Shown here: positions 1 to 8,300 of the stretch, piece by piece
How the letters are laid out: every line of letters starts with the position of its first letter
Position numbering within the stretch: position 1 is the first letter of the stretch
Source of the DNA: Ketobacter alkanivorans
GTDB taxonomy: Bacteria > Pseudomonadota > Gammaproteobacteria > Pseudomonadales > Ketobacteraceae
DNA length: 32,000 nucleotides
NCBI RefSeq assembly: GCF_002863865.1
Contig: NZ_CP022684.1
Location: 766,931 to 798,930, forward strand
Direction: 5' to 3'
Translations under genes and position numbers: made by a program
Notes under the pieces: generated by a model
Database searches by the model: none
What the model was told of the DNA's origin: nothing
The model's input: the letters and a program-made list of their open reading frames with translations, nothing else

Positions 1-1
1 T

Positions 2-709
2 AAAATAGTCGATGGTATTGCCATTGCCCTGTTCATTCAGGCCTTTTACAGCTGGGTATCCCAGTTCGGCCTGCAATGGAATCCCTCAGCGTCCGTGTGG
101 AGCATTCTGGCGCTGATTGTGATCGTTGATTTCTGCTTCTATGTGAATCACTACTTAATGCACAAAACACGCTGGCTCTGGGCAAGCCACGTTACCCACC
201 ATTCGTCCGAACATATGAATTTTTCCACGGCTCTGCGTCAGAACTTTACCCACGCCTTTAACGGTGCCTGGATACTGTGGTGGGTTCCGGCTGCGCTGAT
301 CGGGTTCGATAAGGATTGGGTGCTATTGGCTATCGAGGGCAACCTGGTGTATCAGTTCTTTCTGCACACGGAGCAAGTCAAACGCCTGGGTTGGCTGGAG
401 AAGGTGCTGAACACCCCATCTCACCACCGGGTGCATCATGGCCGCAATCCAGAGCAGATCGACACCAATTTTGGCGGCATTTTTATTATCTGGGATAAGT
501 TGTTCGGTACCTTTCGGGATGAGCGCGATGCCGGTGAGATCGTATACGGTGTATCCCAGATGCCTGAGCGGCCCTACAACCCGATACACCTGCAATTGCA
601 TGAGTGGGCCAGCCTGTGGCGGGATCTGCGGACTTATCGCGACCTGCGCATTCTGGTAAAACCACCGGAATGGGTACGCCTGCGTTATCAGGATTCAGAT
701 CGCCAGTAA
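2..709 (+). CDS. Fatty acid hydroxylase / sterol desaturase superfamily membrane protein, 5'-truncated by the window edge
   Basis: His-box motifs are present (HKTRWLWASHVTHH and HHRVHHG, then FGGIFIIWDKLFGTF). The frame is open from position 2, so the GTG at 95 is probably not the true start. The stop is TAA at 707-709. Confidence 0.8.
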   Translation, partial: KIVDGIAIALFIQAFYSWVSQFGLQWNPSASVWSILALIVIVDFCFYVNHYLMHKTRWLWASHVTHHSSEHMNFSTALRQNFTHAFNGAWILWWVPAALIGFDKDWVLLAIEGNLVYQFFLHTEQVKRLGWLEKVLNTPSHHRVHHGRNPEQIDTNFGGIFIIWDKLFGTFRDERDAGEIVYGVSQMPERPYNPIHLQLHEWASLWRDLRTYRDLRILVKPPEWVRLRYQDSDRQ

Positions 710-1192
710 TTGCTTGAGATGCTTTAGCAGTGCTTCAACCTCTGCCAGATCACCCCGCTCGTTCCAGACGATGGATACACTGCGGGGCCCCAGCTCCAGC
801 GACAGAAAGTCTTCCGCCTGCTGCTGCTGCCATTGATCAATTAGCTGCTGTACCGCCGGCGGCGTTTGCACTTTAGTGTCGGTAGGCTCCCACACCAGCT
901 GGCCTTCACGGGTTTTACGTTGCAACCACTCCCCCTTTACGGATGGCCCGGTCTCTTTCTCTGTTGCCACCAACTGATAACGAAACCAGCGAAAGTCATC
1001 GATATGAGGATTGCGCTGCTTCAGTGCATTGAATTTTTTATCCCGCGCCAGAGAAATCGGGCTGATCAGCACACTATCGGCCATGGCACGCTGACGAATA
1101 CGGGCTTCCCGCCGCTCACGGGCAGAGGGCCGCAACATCAACACCGGGCCAAGAATAAACAGCATCGCTAATGCGATAATTACATACACCAT
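695..1192 (-). CDS. Hypothetical single-pass membrane protein (165 aa)
   Basis: Intact ORF with a hydrophobic N-terminal helix (VYVIIALAMLFILGPVLML) followed by a basic stretch. It overlaps the convergent upstream gene by 15 nt. I recognised no family. Confidence 0.55.
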   Translation of the reverse strand: MVYVIIALAMLFILGPVLMLRPSARERREARIRQRAMADSVLISPISLARDKKFNALKQRNPHIDDFRWFRYQLVATEKETGPSVKGEWLQRKTREGQLVWEPTDTKVQTPPAVQQLIDQWQQQQAEDFLSLELGPRSVSIVWNERGDLAEVEALLKHLKQLLAI

Positions 1193-1225
1193 GAACAGGG
1201 TTCCAACTATTGACCAAAAACAAAC

Positions 1226-1252
1226 CTTGAAATGAAAAGGCTTGAAATGAAA
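1226..1252. repeat. Direct repeat CTTGAAATGAAA x2 (15-nt period) in a divergent intergenic region
   Basis: cttgaaatgaaa at 1226-1237 and again at 1241-1252, separated by 'agg'. Confidence 0.6.
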
Positions 1253-1323
1253 GTGCCGGGCATTATCTAATAGATTCGATCATTCATAAACGCTTACCGC
1301 ACTGCTAATACAAGGATTTATCC

Positions 1324-1767
1324 ATGGGCCAATATAATCACATTCTGCTGGCGGCTGATTTTAACAACGAATCTGAGATTGTTGAGAAACGCGCAGCGGC
1401 CTTGAAGGGCACGTTTTCAGCCACGCTTAGCATTGTTCATGTATTAGAGCCAATCTCCATCGCTTACGGCGGCGAGTTCCCGGTAGACTTGGGCGATCTG
1501 CACAAAGAGCTGGAAAAACAGGCACTGAGCCAATTGCGGGAACTGGGCCAAAAACTGGGCGTACCCGAGGATCGACAGCATCTGGAAGTGGGCATCACCG
1601 AAAAGGAAGTCTTGCGGGTTGCCAAGGATAATAGTGTAGATCTGATCGTGATGGGCAGCCACGGCCGCCACGGCCTGGCGTTGTTGCTGGGGTCAACGGC
1701 CAACGCTGTGCTGCATCATGCCGATATTGACGTGCTTGCGGTTCGGGTTAGCAAAAACTCGAAATAA
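1324..1767 (+). CDS. Universal stress protein (UspA family)
   Basis: 147 aa. HILLAADF at the N-terminus and the C-terminal motif DLIVMGSHGRHGLALLLGSTANAVLHHADIDVLAV are typical of the Usp ATP-binding fold. Confidence 0.9.
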   Translation: MGQYNHILLAADFNNESEIVEKRAAALKGTFSATLSIVHVLEPISIAYGGEFPVDLGDLHKELEKQALSQLRELGQKLGVPEDRQHLEVGITEKEVLRVAKDNSVDLIVMGSHGRHGLALLLGSTANAVLHHADIDVLAVRVSKNSK

Positions 1768-1772
1768 TCGGC

Positions 1773-2492
1773 CTAAAATAAACTGGTTTCGCCGGTTTTC
1801 ACGTCCATGGCGGGCGACACGGTTTCGTCCGTCATCAATGCCTTCACCGCTTGCAACTGAGATTCCAACGAATAACTGACACTGGATGACATATCCAGAA
1901 AACTGAGCAAAGCCTTCAGGTTGGAATCCCCCTCACAGGCCTCTTTAACGCGCCCCCACAGTGCTTCGTTCAGGGTTTGCAGCTCCTGATTCAGGCTGAT
2001 CAAACCTTGCAGCTCCCAGTCGGGCCGCTTGCCCTCCCGGTAATTAAAATACTGTTTGAGTAAATACAGCGCCGTAGAGCGAATAATAAAATCATCCTGC
2101 GAGGCAAACGGCAGGTGATTGCGCGCGTTGGGCTTGAGCTGATGCAGAATGGGGCACGCACTGGTGGCCATAATCAACCCCATCAGCGACCGTAATCCTT
2201 CTTCCAATGCTGTCTCTTTATCGTAATTGCGTTCCGGGGTAGAAACCCTGATTCTGGCCGTTTTTGCGGCAGGCAGGCGTTGAAAATCCGTTACCACCGC
2301 AGCCAGATCCACCGCAGCCGGGCAATATTGGCAGTCTTTAACCGTCAACGGACAATTGGGGCATTGATTATGCTTCAGTTCTGCCCAACTGGGAGCCTCC
2401 GTACGATCTGCCTGAAAATCGAACGATCTGTCCACATCTACTTCGTATTGCAGCGAATGGTCTTCGATATCAAAGCGGTATTGAATTTTCAT
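1773..2492 (-). CDS. Hypothetical Cys-rich protein (239 aa) with a CPNC-x6-CQYC cluster
   Basis: Intact ORF with a purine-rich stretch (GCAGGAAC) upstream of the ATG. It has an N-terminal four-Cys motif (CPNCPLTVKDCQYCP). I could not assign a family with confidence. Confidence 0.65.
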   Translation of the reverse strand: MKIQYRFDIEDHSLQYEVDVDRSFDFQADRTEAPSWAELKHNQCPNCPLTVKDCQYCPAAVDLAAVVTDFQRLPAAKTARIRVSTPERNYDKETALEEGLRSLMGLIMATSACPILHQLKPNARNHLPFASQDDFIIRSTALYLLKQYFNYREGKRPDWELQGLISLNQELQTLNEALWGRVKEACEGDSNLKALLSFLDMSSSVSYSLESQLQAVKALMTDETVSPAMDVKTGETSLF

Positions 2493-2533
2493 GATCTAGT
2501 TCCTGCTCGCTTCCTGGGTAGCCCTCAAGCTCA

Positions 2534-2550
2534 TACCTACAGTGTAGACC
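2534..2550. promoter_or_regulatory. Conserved 17-nt motif TACCTACAGTGTAGACC, copy 1 (palindromic core CTACA-N-TGTAG)
   Basis: Identical 17-mer to 15128-15144. It lies in the divergent intergenic region 2493-2709, about 40 nt upstream of the minus-strand ATG at 2492. Confidence 0.6.
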
Positions 2551-2709
2551 CGCCCGCACTGTATTCCAAAATGCTCTAGGCCAGGCTAAGCCTTTGATTG
2601 CCAAGCATCTCATAATTTTCATGATTTTCCTTTTCACCGCCCACCGGTTTCTGAACTATGCTGACTAATATGAACCTGTTTTCACCACGCAACTGCAGGA
2701 GCGCTCGGC

Positions 2710-3309
2710 GTGTCACTCGGATCTCAACTGTCAAATCCCGGTTCCAGCTCAGTCAAACCCGATCTTGACTGGAGTCAGATCAAAGAAACCATATCCATGC
2801 TGTGCCTTGCCATGGCACAGATTGAAACCACCCTGACAGACAGCTCAAAATCCGTAGACGAACTGTCGTCTACCTTTACTGGCATGGCTCAGGATGCCAA
2901 AAAAGTCATGACACTGTGCGAGCACGCTGACAGCTCTGACAAGTGGGAGACTCAGCGTTCCGACATCATGACCGCCTCGGAACAAATGCACCAGCAGATG
3001 CAGCGGGCCATCGTCGCATTCCAGTTTTATGATCGTCTCAGCCAAAAACTGCACCACGTAAATGAGAGCCTTACCCATCTGGGCGATCTGATCAGCGATG
3101 CCAGCCGCCTCTACAACCCCGGCGAGTGGAGCCGAATCCAACAGGAGATCCGTTCCAACTACACCATGGAATGCGAGCGCATCATGTTTGACCATATCAT
3201 GAAAGGGGCCACCATCAGAGAAGCATTGGAGCTCTATCGTCACCAGTTTGAACAAACCGAGTCGCTGCAGAGCGATGATTCCACCGACGACGATATCGAG
3301 CTGTTTTGA
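2710..3309 (+). CDS. Hypothetical protein, possibly a divergent CheZ-like phosphatase (199 aa)
   Basis: GTG start preceded by AGGAG at 2697-2701 (8-nt spacer). The central motif is AFQFYDRLSQKL (D108-x3-Q112) and the acidic C-terminal tail is SDDSTDDDIELF. The functional call is speculative. Confidence 0.6.
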   Translation: MSLGSQLSNPGSSSVKPDLDWSQIKETISMLCLAMAQIETTLTDSSKSVDELSSTFTGMAQDAKKVMTLCEHADSSDKWETQRSDIMTASEQMHQQMQRAIVAFQFYDRLSQKLHHVNESLTHLGDLISDASRLYNPGEWSRIQQEIRSNYTMECERIMFDHIMKGATIREALELYRHQFEQTESLQSDDSTDDDIELF

Positions 3310-3335
3310 GGTAGGCTTAGCGCTTTATGTGAAGG

Positions 3336-4130
3336 TTATTCCAATACCTCGACCTGATCCCCAACAAAGAGCCGCCCTCCTCCCCGCGCCACCAGGTTCT
3401 GGCCGAAATAGACTTCACCGGCCTGTGAACGGTATTGTTTAAGGGTTTTAAACACCTCCGGCTGTTTGCTGGCGTCCCCGGGGTCAATGGTAGGAATGGC
3501 GCAGCGTGAACAAGGCTTCACCACATCAAACAGCATCGACCCGATGCGCAATTTCCGCCATTGATCTTCTTCCCAGGCAAGCCCCCCGTCTACCACTAGA
3601 TTCGGGCGGAATCGCTCCATGCCTACGTTAATACTCATATAACCGTTAAGAACATCGAGCGAGGCCTGCTGCGTTAACAGCAACGGAAAGCCATCTGCAA
3701 AACTGACGGTATGCCCTGGGCCTGAATAGGATTCATCCACCGACCGCTTGCAGGCATCGTGCATGAATACCAGGCGACAAGGACGCCCTAATACCCGGCT
3801 CAACCAGGCATGGACATGGGCTGGCCCCAACTTGGCCACGCACTGGTCACGCCAGACCTGCACAGTCACGTCCTCACCGGCATTAAAGTCTGCCGCTGAG
3901 AACTCCAGAGCTTCGCCACTGGCAGCCGTCAACTGCACATTATCCTGTACCATTTTTGCCTTGATCAGCGCCATCGCCGCCAACTGCCGCTGAGTAATAA
4001 ACTTGCCCTGCTCATCCACCACCATCCAGCGCCGATCCCACTGGGGGCCAAAACGATCTACGATGTAAGATTCCACTGAAACACCGCCCAGTGATTTCAC
4101 CGGATGAACAAACAGTCTGGACACGTACAT
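3336..4130 (-). CDS. MOSC domain-containing protein (YcbX-like)
   Basis: 264 aa. The N-terminus LFVHPVKSLGGVSV fits a MOSC N-terminal beta-barrel. The C-terminal ...VVKPCSRCAIPTIDP... has the conserved MOSC cysteine context. Confidence 0.85.
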   Translation of the reverse strand: MYVSRLFVHPVKSLGGVSVESYIVDRFGPQWDRRWMVVDEQGKFITQRQLAAMALIKAKMVQDNVQLTAASGEALEFSAADFNAGEDVTVQVWRDQCVAKLGPAHVHAWLSRVLGRPCRLVFMHDACKRSVDESYSGPGHTVSFADGFPLLLTQQASLDVLNGYMSINVGMERFRPNLVVDGGLAWEEDQWRKLRIGSMLFDVVKPCSRCAIPTIDPGDASKQPEVFKTLKQYRSQAGEVYFGQNLVARGGGRLFVGDQVEVLE

Positions 4131-4246
4131 AGGTTACTATTCCATTCGAATCATAGGCTTGAGATCAAAGTAGACTAACCTATACTGAATGAATAACCCA
4201 TCGGGTGTTTAATGATTTATGGCTATGTCTTGCGGGGGATAATCTA

Positions 4247-4459
4247 ATGCGAATGTTTCTGGGGCTGATCTCTATTGTTATGCTGAGTGCTTGTGGTGAT
4301 TCTAAATTTGCGGACATTTCCGGCTCTGAGCTGCAGGATCGCTATTCCCGGTGCGAGAACGCTGACAGCCTTTCTCCCGGCGGTGCCATTACGTGCGATA
4401 ATATTCGCCGTGAATGCGAACGCCGCGCCGATGAGAAAGGCCGAAGGGTCTGTTATTAG
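4247..4459 (+). CDS. Small putative lipoprotein (70 aa)
   Basis: MRMFLGLISIVMLSAC has a lipobox (LSAC). I chose the ATG at 4247 over the GTG at 4205. The mature part is Cys-containing. Confidence 0.55.
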   Translation: MRMFLGLISIVMLSACGDSKFADISGSELQDRYSRCENADSLSPGGAITCDNIRRECERRADEKGRRVCY

Positions 4460-5856
4460 AACACCATACTGGTGCCTTCAGCAGGAATCTCAGCCGTAAT
4501 ACCCAAATTCCCATGCAGCTTCTGTTGCAACACCTGCAAGGCCTCCAGCTCGCCATGCACCAGATAGAAACGGGTTGATTGCTTGAAATTGGATGCCCAT
4601 TCCAACAACTGCGATTGCCCGGCATGAGCCGAGAAACCACCCAATGTGTGCACTTTTGCCTTCACCGCAAAATCCGACCCGAACATCTTAACGTGCTTTT
4701 CCCCCTCAACGATCTGACGCCCCAACGTACCCTTTGCCTGAAAGCCGGGAAACACAATATGGCATTCAGGACGCCAGATATTGTGCTTCAGATGATGACG
4801 AATCCGCCCGCCGTTACACATTCCGCTACCGGCAATAATCACCACTCCGCCCTTGATTCTGTTGATGGCCATGGAATCCTCTGTGCTTTCGGTGAGCGTC
4901 AGTATAGGCAGGTAGGATTTGGGGTCATCGCCCAACCTGGCCGAGACTTTTTTCAGATCTTCCGGATCCAGCAAATCCATGTAGTCGGTATAAAGACGAG
5001 TCACCTCGATGCCCATAGGGCTGTCGAGAAAAACCTTCTGCTGAGGCACCTTGCCCTGTTTGTACAACACCCCTAAATGGAACAGCATCTCCTGGGTTCT
5101 TCCTACGGCAAACGCTGGAATCAGCACATTGCCTTTTTCTTCACTGGCCTGCTGCAAGGCGGCCCCCAACTCTTCCAGAGTGTTGTCCATGGTACGGTGA
5201 TTACGATCACCGTAGGTGCCTTCCATCAACACCACATCCGCATCCTGAACAATCTCAGGATCCTTCATCAATACAGCATCGGCATTCCCCAAATCACCAG
5301 AGAACACCAGTTTTTTAGTACGGCCACCTTCCTCGATCTGCAGCTCCACAATGGCCGAACCGATGATGTGAGCCGCATCGTGGAAGTACAACGCAACATG
5401 ACCACTAATTGTACGAGTTTCGTGATAAGGAATACCTACGCAGTGCTCCAGAACATGCAGCACATCTTCCATGTCATACCAGGGCTCTATCTCCGGCTTG
5501 CCCGCACGCTTGCGACGCTTGTTCTCCCATTCCACATCCCGCAAATGCAAATTGGCAGAGTCCTCCAGCATAATGGCCAGCAGGTTACGGGTTGCATCGG
5601 TGCAATAAACCGGCCCTTTGTAACCGTCTTTAAACAGACGCGGAAGCAATCCACTGTGATCCAGATGCCCGTGGGATAACACAACTGCATCCAGCTGACT
5701 GGGGTTAAATGGAAAAGGCTCGCCGTTGCGACGCTCAGACTGACGCCCCCCCTGATGCATGCCGCAATCCAGCAAGATACGCAGCCCTCCGGTCTCGATC
5801 AAATGACTGGAGCCGGTTACTTCCTGCGCTGCACCCCAAAAAGTCAGTTTTGCCAT
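4456..5856 (-). CDS. MBL-fold metallo-hydrolase of the beta-CASP / RNA-metabolising family
   Basis: The HGHLDHSG motif is present with a beta-CASP-like middle region and a C-terminal ...FSAHAGQSQLLEW... I take the start at ATG 5856 (MAKLTFWGAAQEVTGS), which is preceded by AAGGAG. The longer ORF to 5895 lacks an RBS. Confidence 0.85.
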   Translation of the reverse strand: MAKLTFWGAAQEVTGSSHLIETGGLRILLDCGMHQGGRQSERRNGEPFPFNPSQLDAVVLSHGHLDHSGLLPRLFKDGYKGPVYCTDATRNLLAIMLEDSANLHLRDVEWENKRRKRAGKPEIEPWYDMEDVLHVLEHCVGIPYHETRTISGHVALYFHDAAHIIGSAIVELQIEEGGRTKKLVFSGDLGNADAVLMKDPEIVQDADVVLMEGTYGDRNHRTMDNTLEELGAALQQASEEKGNVLIPAFAVGRTQEMLFHLGVLYKQGKVPQQKVFLDSPMGIEVTRLYTDYMDLLDPEDLKKVSARLGDDPKSYLPILTLTESTEDSMAINRIKGGVVIIAGSGMCNGGRIRHHLKHNIWRPECHIVFPGFQAKGTLGRQIVEGEKHVKMFGSDFAVKAKVHTLGGFSAHAGQSQLLEWASNFKQSTRFYLVHGELEALQVLQQKLHGNLGITAEIPAEGTSMVF

Positions 5857-5953
5857 ATAACATCTCCTTTTTTTATTAGGGCTAGCGTAACACAAGCACC
5901 TCTTTTCAATACTGTTTTACATCATGCTTTCAAATGCCTTGCCGCAACCAAAA

Positions 5954-5973
5954 TACTGTATATAATTACAGTA
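5954..5973. promoter_or_regulatory. LexA (SOS) box TACTGTATATAATTACAGTA upstream of imuA
   Basis: Perfect CTGT-N8-ACAG gammaproteobacterial consensus, 28 nt upstream of the imuA ATG. It contains a TATAAT hexamer (5961-5966), with TTGCCG 16 nt upstream as a plausible -35. Confidence 0.85.
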
Positions 5974-6000
5974 TTCGTAACCCGTTTTGAGCCTCTGAAT

Positions 6001-6771
6001 ATGTCTGCCGCCAAACCGCAACTGAATCATATTCTGCAACACCCCGCCATCTGGCGGGCGGCAGATGGCATGCGCGGCAAGCAGTGGCAGCCACTCGAAA
6101 CCATCGCTACTGGATTCCATACCCTGGATCAGGCTCTGCCGGATGGTGGGCTGCCCTGTGACAGCGTGGCAGAAATACTGTGCCCCCACTGGGGTTGTGG
6201 CGAAACGGAACTGGTCTCCTCAGCACTGGCCTCACTCAGCCAGCAATCGCGCTGGCTGGTGTGGGTCAACCCACCATGGCTGCCCTATGCTCCGGCCCTC
6301 AGGCAGCAAGGCATTCAGCTGGAAAACACCCTAATCATTCACAGCAAACAAGATAAAGACATGCTTTGGGCCATGGAACAGTGCCTGGCCTCCGGTGCCT
6401 GCAGCGTGGTACAAGGCTGGCCTCATAACCCAACACCGCAACAAATCAGGCGTCTGCAACTGGCCGCCCAGAAAGGTCATAGTCTGTGTTTGCTTATGCG
6501 TCCTCAGGCGCACATGCAACAGCCTTCTCCTGCACCCTTGCGGCTGGAACTCGGAGCCTTACAGCACAACATTCAGGTACGAGTAGTAAAATGCCGTGGC
6601 CACTGGGGCTCCCCCTGGCTACACCTGCCACGACATGATCTTGATCACCGCGCGGCATTCACTGTGCGCACTGCAGCCAACAAAACCATCTCGCAAGATC
6701 AGATCCCGCAAACGCCGCCTAGTGGGGCTGGATACTCACAGCATTCACCCCTTTCCCCACCCGGAACCTGA
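6001..6771 (+). CDS. imuA: Translesion-synthesis-associated protein ImuA (SulA/RecA-like)
   Basis: LDQALPDGGLPCDSVAEIL...GCGETEL is typical of ImuA. It is followed after a 1-nt spacer by imuB and preceded by a LexA box. I take the start at ATG 6001, because the longer ORF from 5755 crosses the operator. Confidence 0.75.
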   Translation: MSAAKPQLNHILQHPAIWRAADGMRGKQWQPLETIATGFHTLDQALPDGGLPCDSVAEILCPHWGCGETELVSSALASLSQQSRWLVWVNPPWLPYAPALRQQGIQLENTLIIHSKQDKDMLWAMEQCLASGACSVVQGWPHNPTPQQIRRLQLAAQKGHSLCLLMRPQAHMQQPSPAPLRLELGALQHNIQVRVVKCRGHWGSPWLHLPRHDLDHRAAFTVRTAANKTISQDQIPQTPPSGAGYSQHSPLSPPGT

Positions 6772-6772
6772 C

Positions 6773-8209
6773 ATGCTCTGGGCCTGCTTTCACTTTCCTG
6801 CACTGGCGTTGAATCTGGTGGAACAGGGTGTCCTCACCCCTCAGCCACTGGTGGTAGAAACCACGCGTAAACAACGTCGACTGGTACTGTATGCTAATGA
6901 ACTGGCACATCAGCAAGGCATTGTGCCTGGCATGACCATTCCCACTGCACAAGGTCTGGCCCAGAATCTCAACTGCTATACCTATGATGCACACAAAGAG
7001 CAACAAGCACTGCAACAACTGGGTAACTGGGCCTATGAATTCACCCCGCACATACGCACCCACGGCCCTAACAACCTGCTAATAGAGGTCAGCCACAGCC
7101 TGAAACTGTTTCACGGGCAGAAAGAACTGGCACAGCGCCTGACACAACAATTGCCCCCTGGCTTTAAGCCCTTCAGCCTGGCCTTTGCCGATACTGACAT
7201 GGCCGCCCTGCTGTTTGCCCAGGCCCACGAAAGCAGCAACCGTGCACTTTTTTTTTCGCTGCCGGATCTGCATGATTACGATGTGCAATGGTTGGATGTT
7301 GCCGATGCGCAAAAAAGCCTGCTGTACAGCATGGGCCTGAAAACCGTAGGCCAACTGCTGAACTTACCCAAAGATTCACTGAGCAAACGTTTTGGCATGG
7401 AATTCAGCCAATACCTGTTATGCCTTACCGGGGAACAGACTGCTCCCCTGCCGAACTGGTCTTTACCCCAAACCTTTCAGGCCGAGCTGGATTTTGTGCT
7501 GGAACTGGATAATGCCCAAAGCCTGCTGTTTCCCATACGACATTTATTAAGCCAACTGGAGCATTACCTCTACGCCCGCCAGTCTGCCGTCAGCACTTTT
7601 CAGTTTTCACTGCTACTGCGTAACCGCGCCATTCAGCAATGGCCTATCGAACTGGCCATTCCTATGCACCGATTGGCCGATATGATGCCCCTGATTCAGT
7701 TAAAATTGGAAAAATTGAAGCTGGAAGCCCCGGTATTAAGCCTGCAACTGAGTGCACACACATTCGGCCCCATCAGTGTTCGTCAACAGGACATGTTCCA
7801 GCTCCATCAACCCGATCACATCACTCGCTATCAACTGGTGGATCGACTCAAGGCACGGCTGGGGGAGAAGCAAATACATAGCCTGAGCATGGTGGCAGAT
7901 CACCGCCCCGAATACAGCTGGTGCTCCGCCACACCGGGGCAAGGTGAGGCCCTGCAGCATCCATCAGAACAGCGCCCGTTCTGGCTACTGTACCAACCGC
8001 AGAAACTGCGCAGCAAAAAAGGCCTGCCGGTCTACCACGAACCACTACACTTGCTGAAAGGGCCTGAACGCATTGAAACCGGCTGGTGGGATAACCAGCC
8101 AATAAACCGTGACTACTACATTGCCCAACAAGGCCACGGCCAGCATCTGTGGGTATACCGGGATAGAGATAACAGCGCCTGGTTTCTACACGGAATATTC
8201 AGCCGATAG
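6773..8209 (+). CDS. imuB: Y-family polymerase-like protein ImuB
   Basis: The N-terminus MLWACFHFPALALNLV is typical of ImuB. Length is about 478 aa and the gene sits after imuA. The ORF from 6596 is an upstream extension overlapping imuA. Confidence 0.85.
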   Translation: MLWACFHFPALALNLVEQGVLTPQPLVVETTRKQRRLVLYANELAHQQGIVPGMTIPTAQGLAQNLNCYTYDAHKEQQALQQLGNWAYEFTPHIRTHGPNNLLIEVSHSLKLFHGQKELAQRLTQQLPPGFKPFSLAFADTDMAALLFAQAHESSNRALFFSLPDLHDYDVQWLDVADAQKSLLYSMGLKTVGQLLNLPKDSLSKRFGMEFSQYLLCLTGEQTAPLPNWSLPQTFQAELDFVLELDNAQSLLFPIRHLLSQLEHYLYARQSAVSTFQFSLLLRNRAIQQWPIELAIPMHRLADMMPLIQLKLEKLKLEAPVLSLQLSAHTFGPISVRQQDMFQLHQPDHITRYQLVDRLKARLGEKQIHSLSMVADHRPEYSWCSATPGQGEALQHPSEQRPFWLLYQPQKLRSKKGLPVYHEPLHLLKGPERIETGWWDNQPINRDYYIAQQGHGQHLWVYRDRDNSAWFLHGIFSR

Positions 8210-8300
8210 GCAACGGCTATTTCATTTTGCAACATCTCATCGCTTGGCGTTTCATGGCCCCTGCAGTAATCTGTTGCAATACTTAAAGATCTATAAAAAA

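Noticed and set aside
4139-4160. tRNA T-loop-like string (TTCGAATC) in the MOSC/lipoprotein intergenic region
   Set aside because: No acceptor, D or anticodon stems can be drawn around it, and the region is too short and AT-rich for a tRNA.
5910-5927. Possible second LexA half-site TACTGTTTTACATCATGC upstream of the main imuA box
   Set aside because: Only the CTGT half matches. The position where ACAG should be reads ATGC.
5755-6000. Upstream extension of the imuA ORF (the track gives 5755-6771, 338 aa)
   Set aside because: The extension runs through the divergent MBL gene start, the intergenic region and the LexA box itself. An ImuA-like sequence only begins at ATG 6001.
6596-6772. Upstream extension of the imuB ORF overlapping the imuA 3' end
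   Set aside because: The characteristic ImuB N-terminus (MLWACFHFPALAL) begins at ATG 6773, one nt after the imuA stop. The extension is Arg/Pro-rich out-of-frame imuA sequence.
7675-7682. GCCGATAT string inside imuB resembling a sigma-28 -10 element
   Set aside because: There is no TAAA at the required -35 spacing, and it lies in the middle of a coding region.
8109-8300. Upstream extension of the acyltransferase ORF overlapping imuB
   Set aside because: It overlaps the imuB coding end by 100 nt and has no membrane-protein character. ATG 8301, followed by a basic/hydrophobic N-terminus, fits better.
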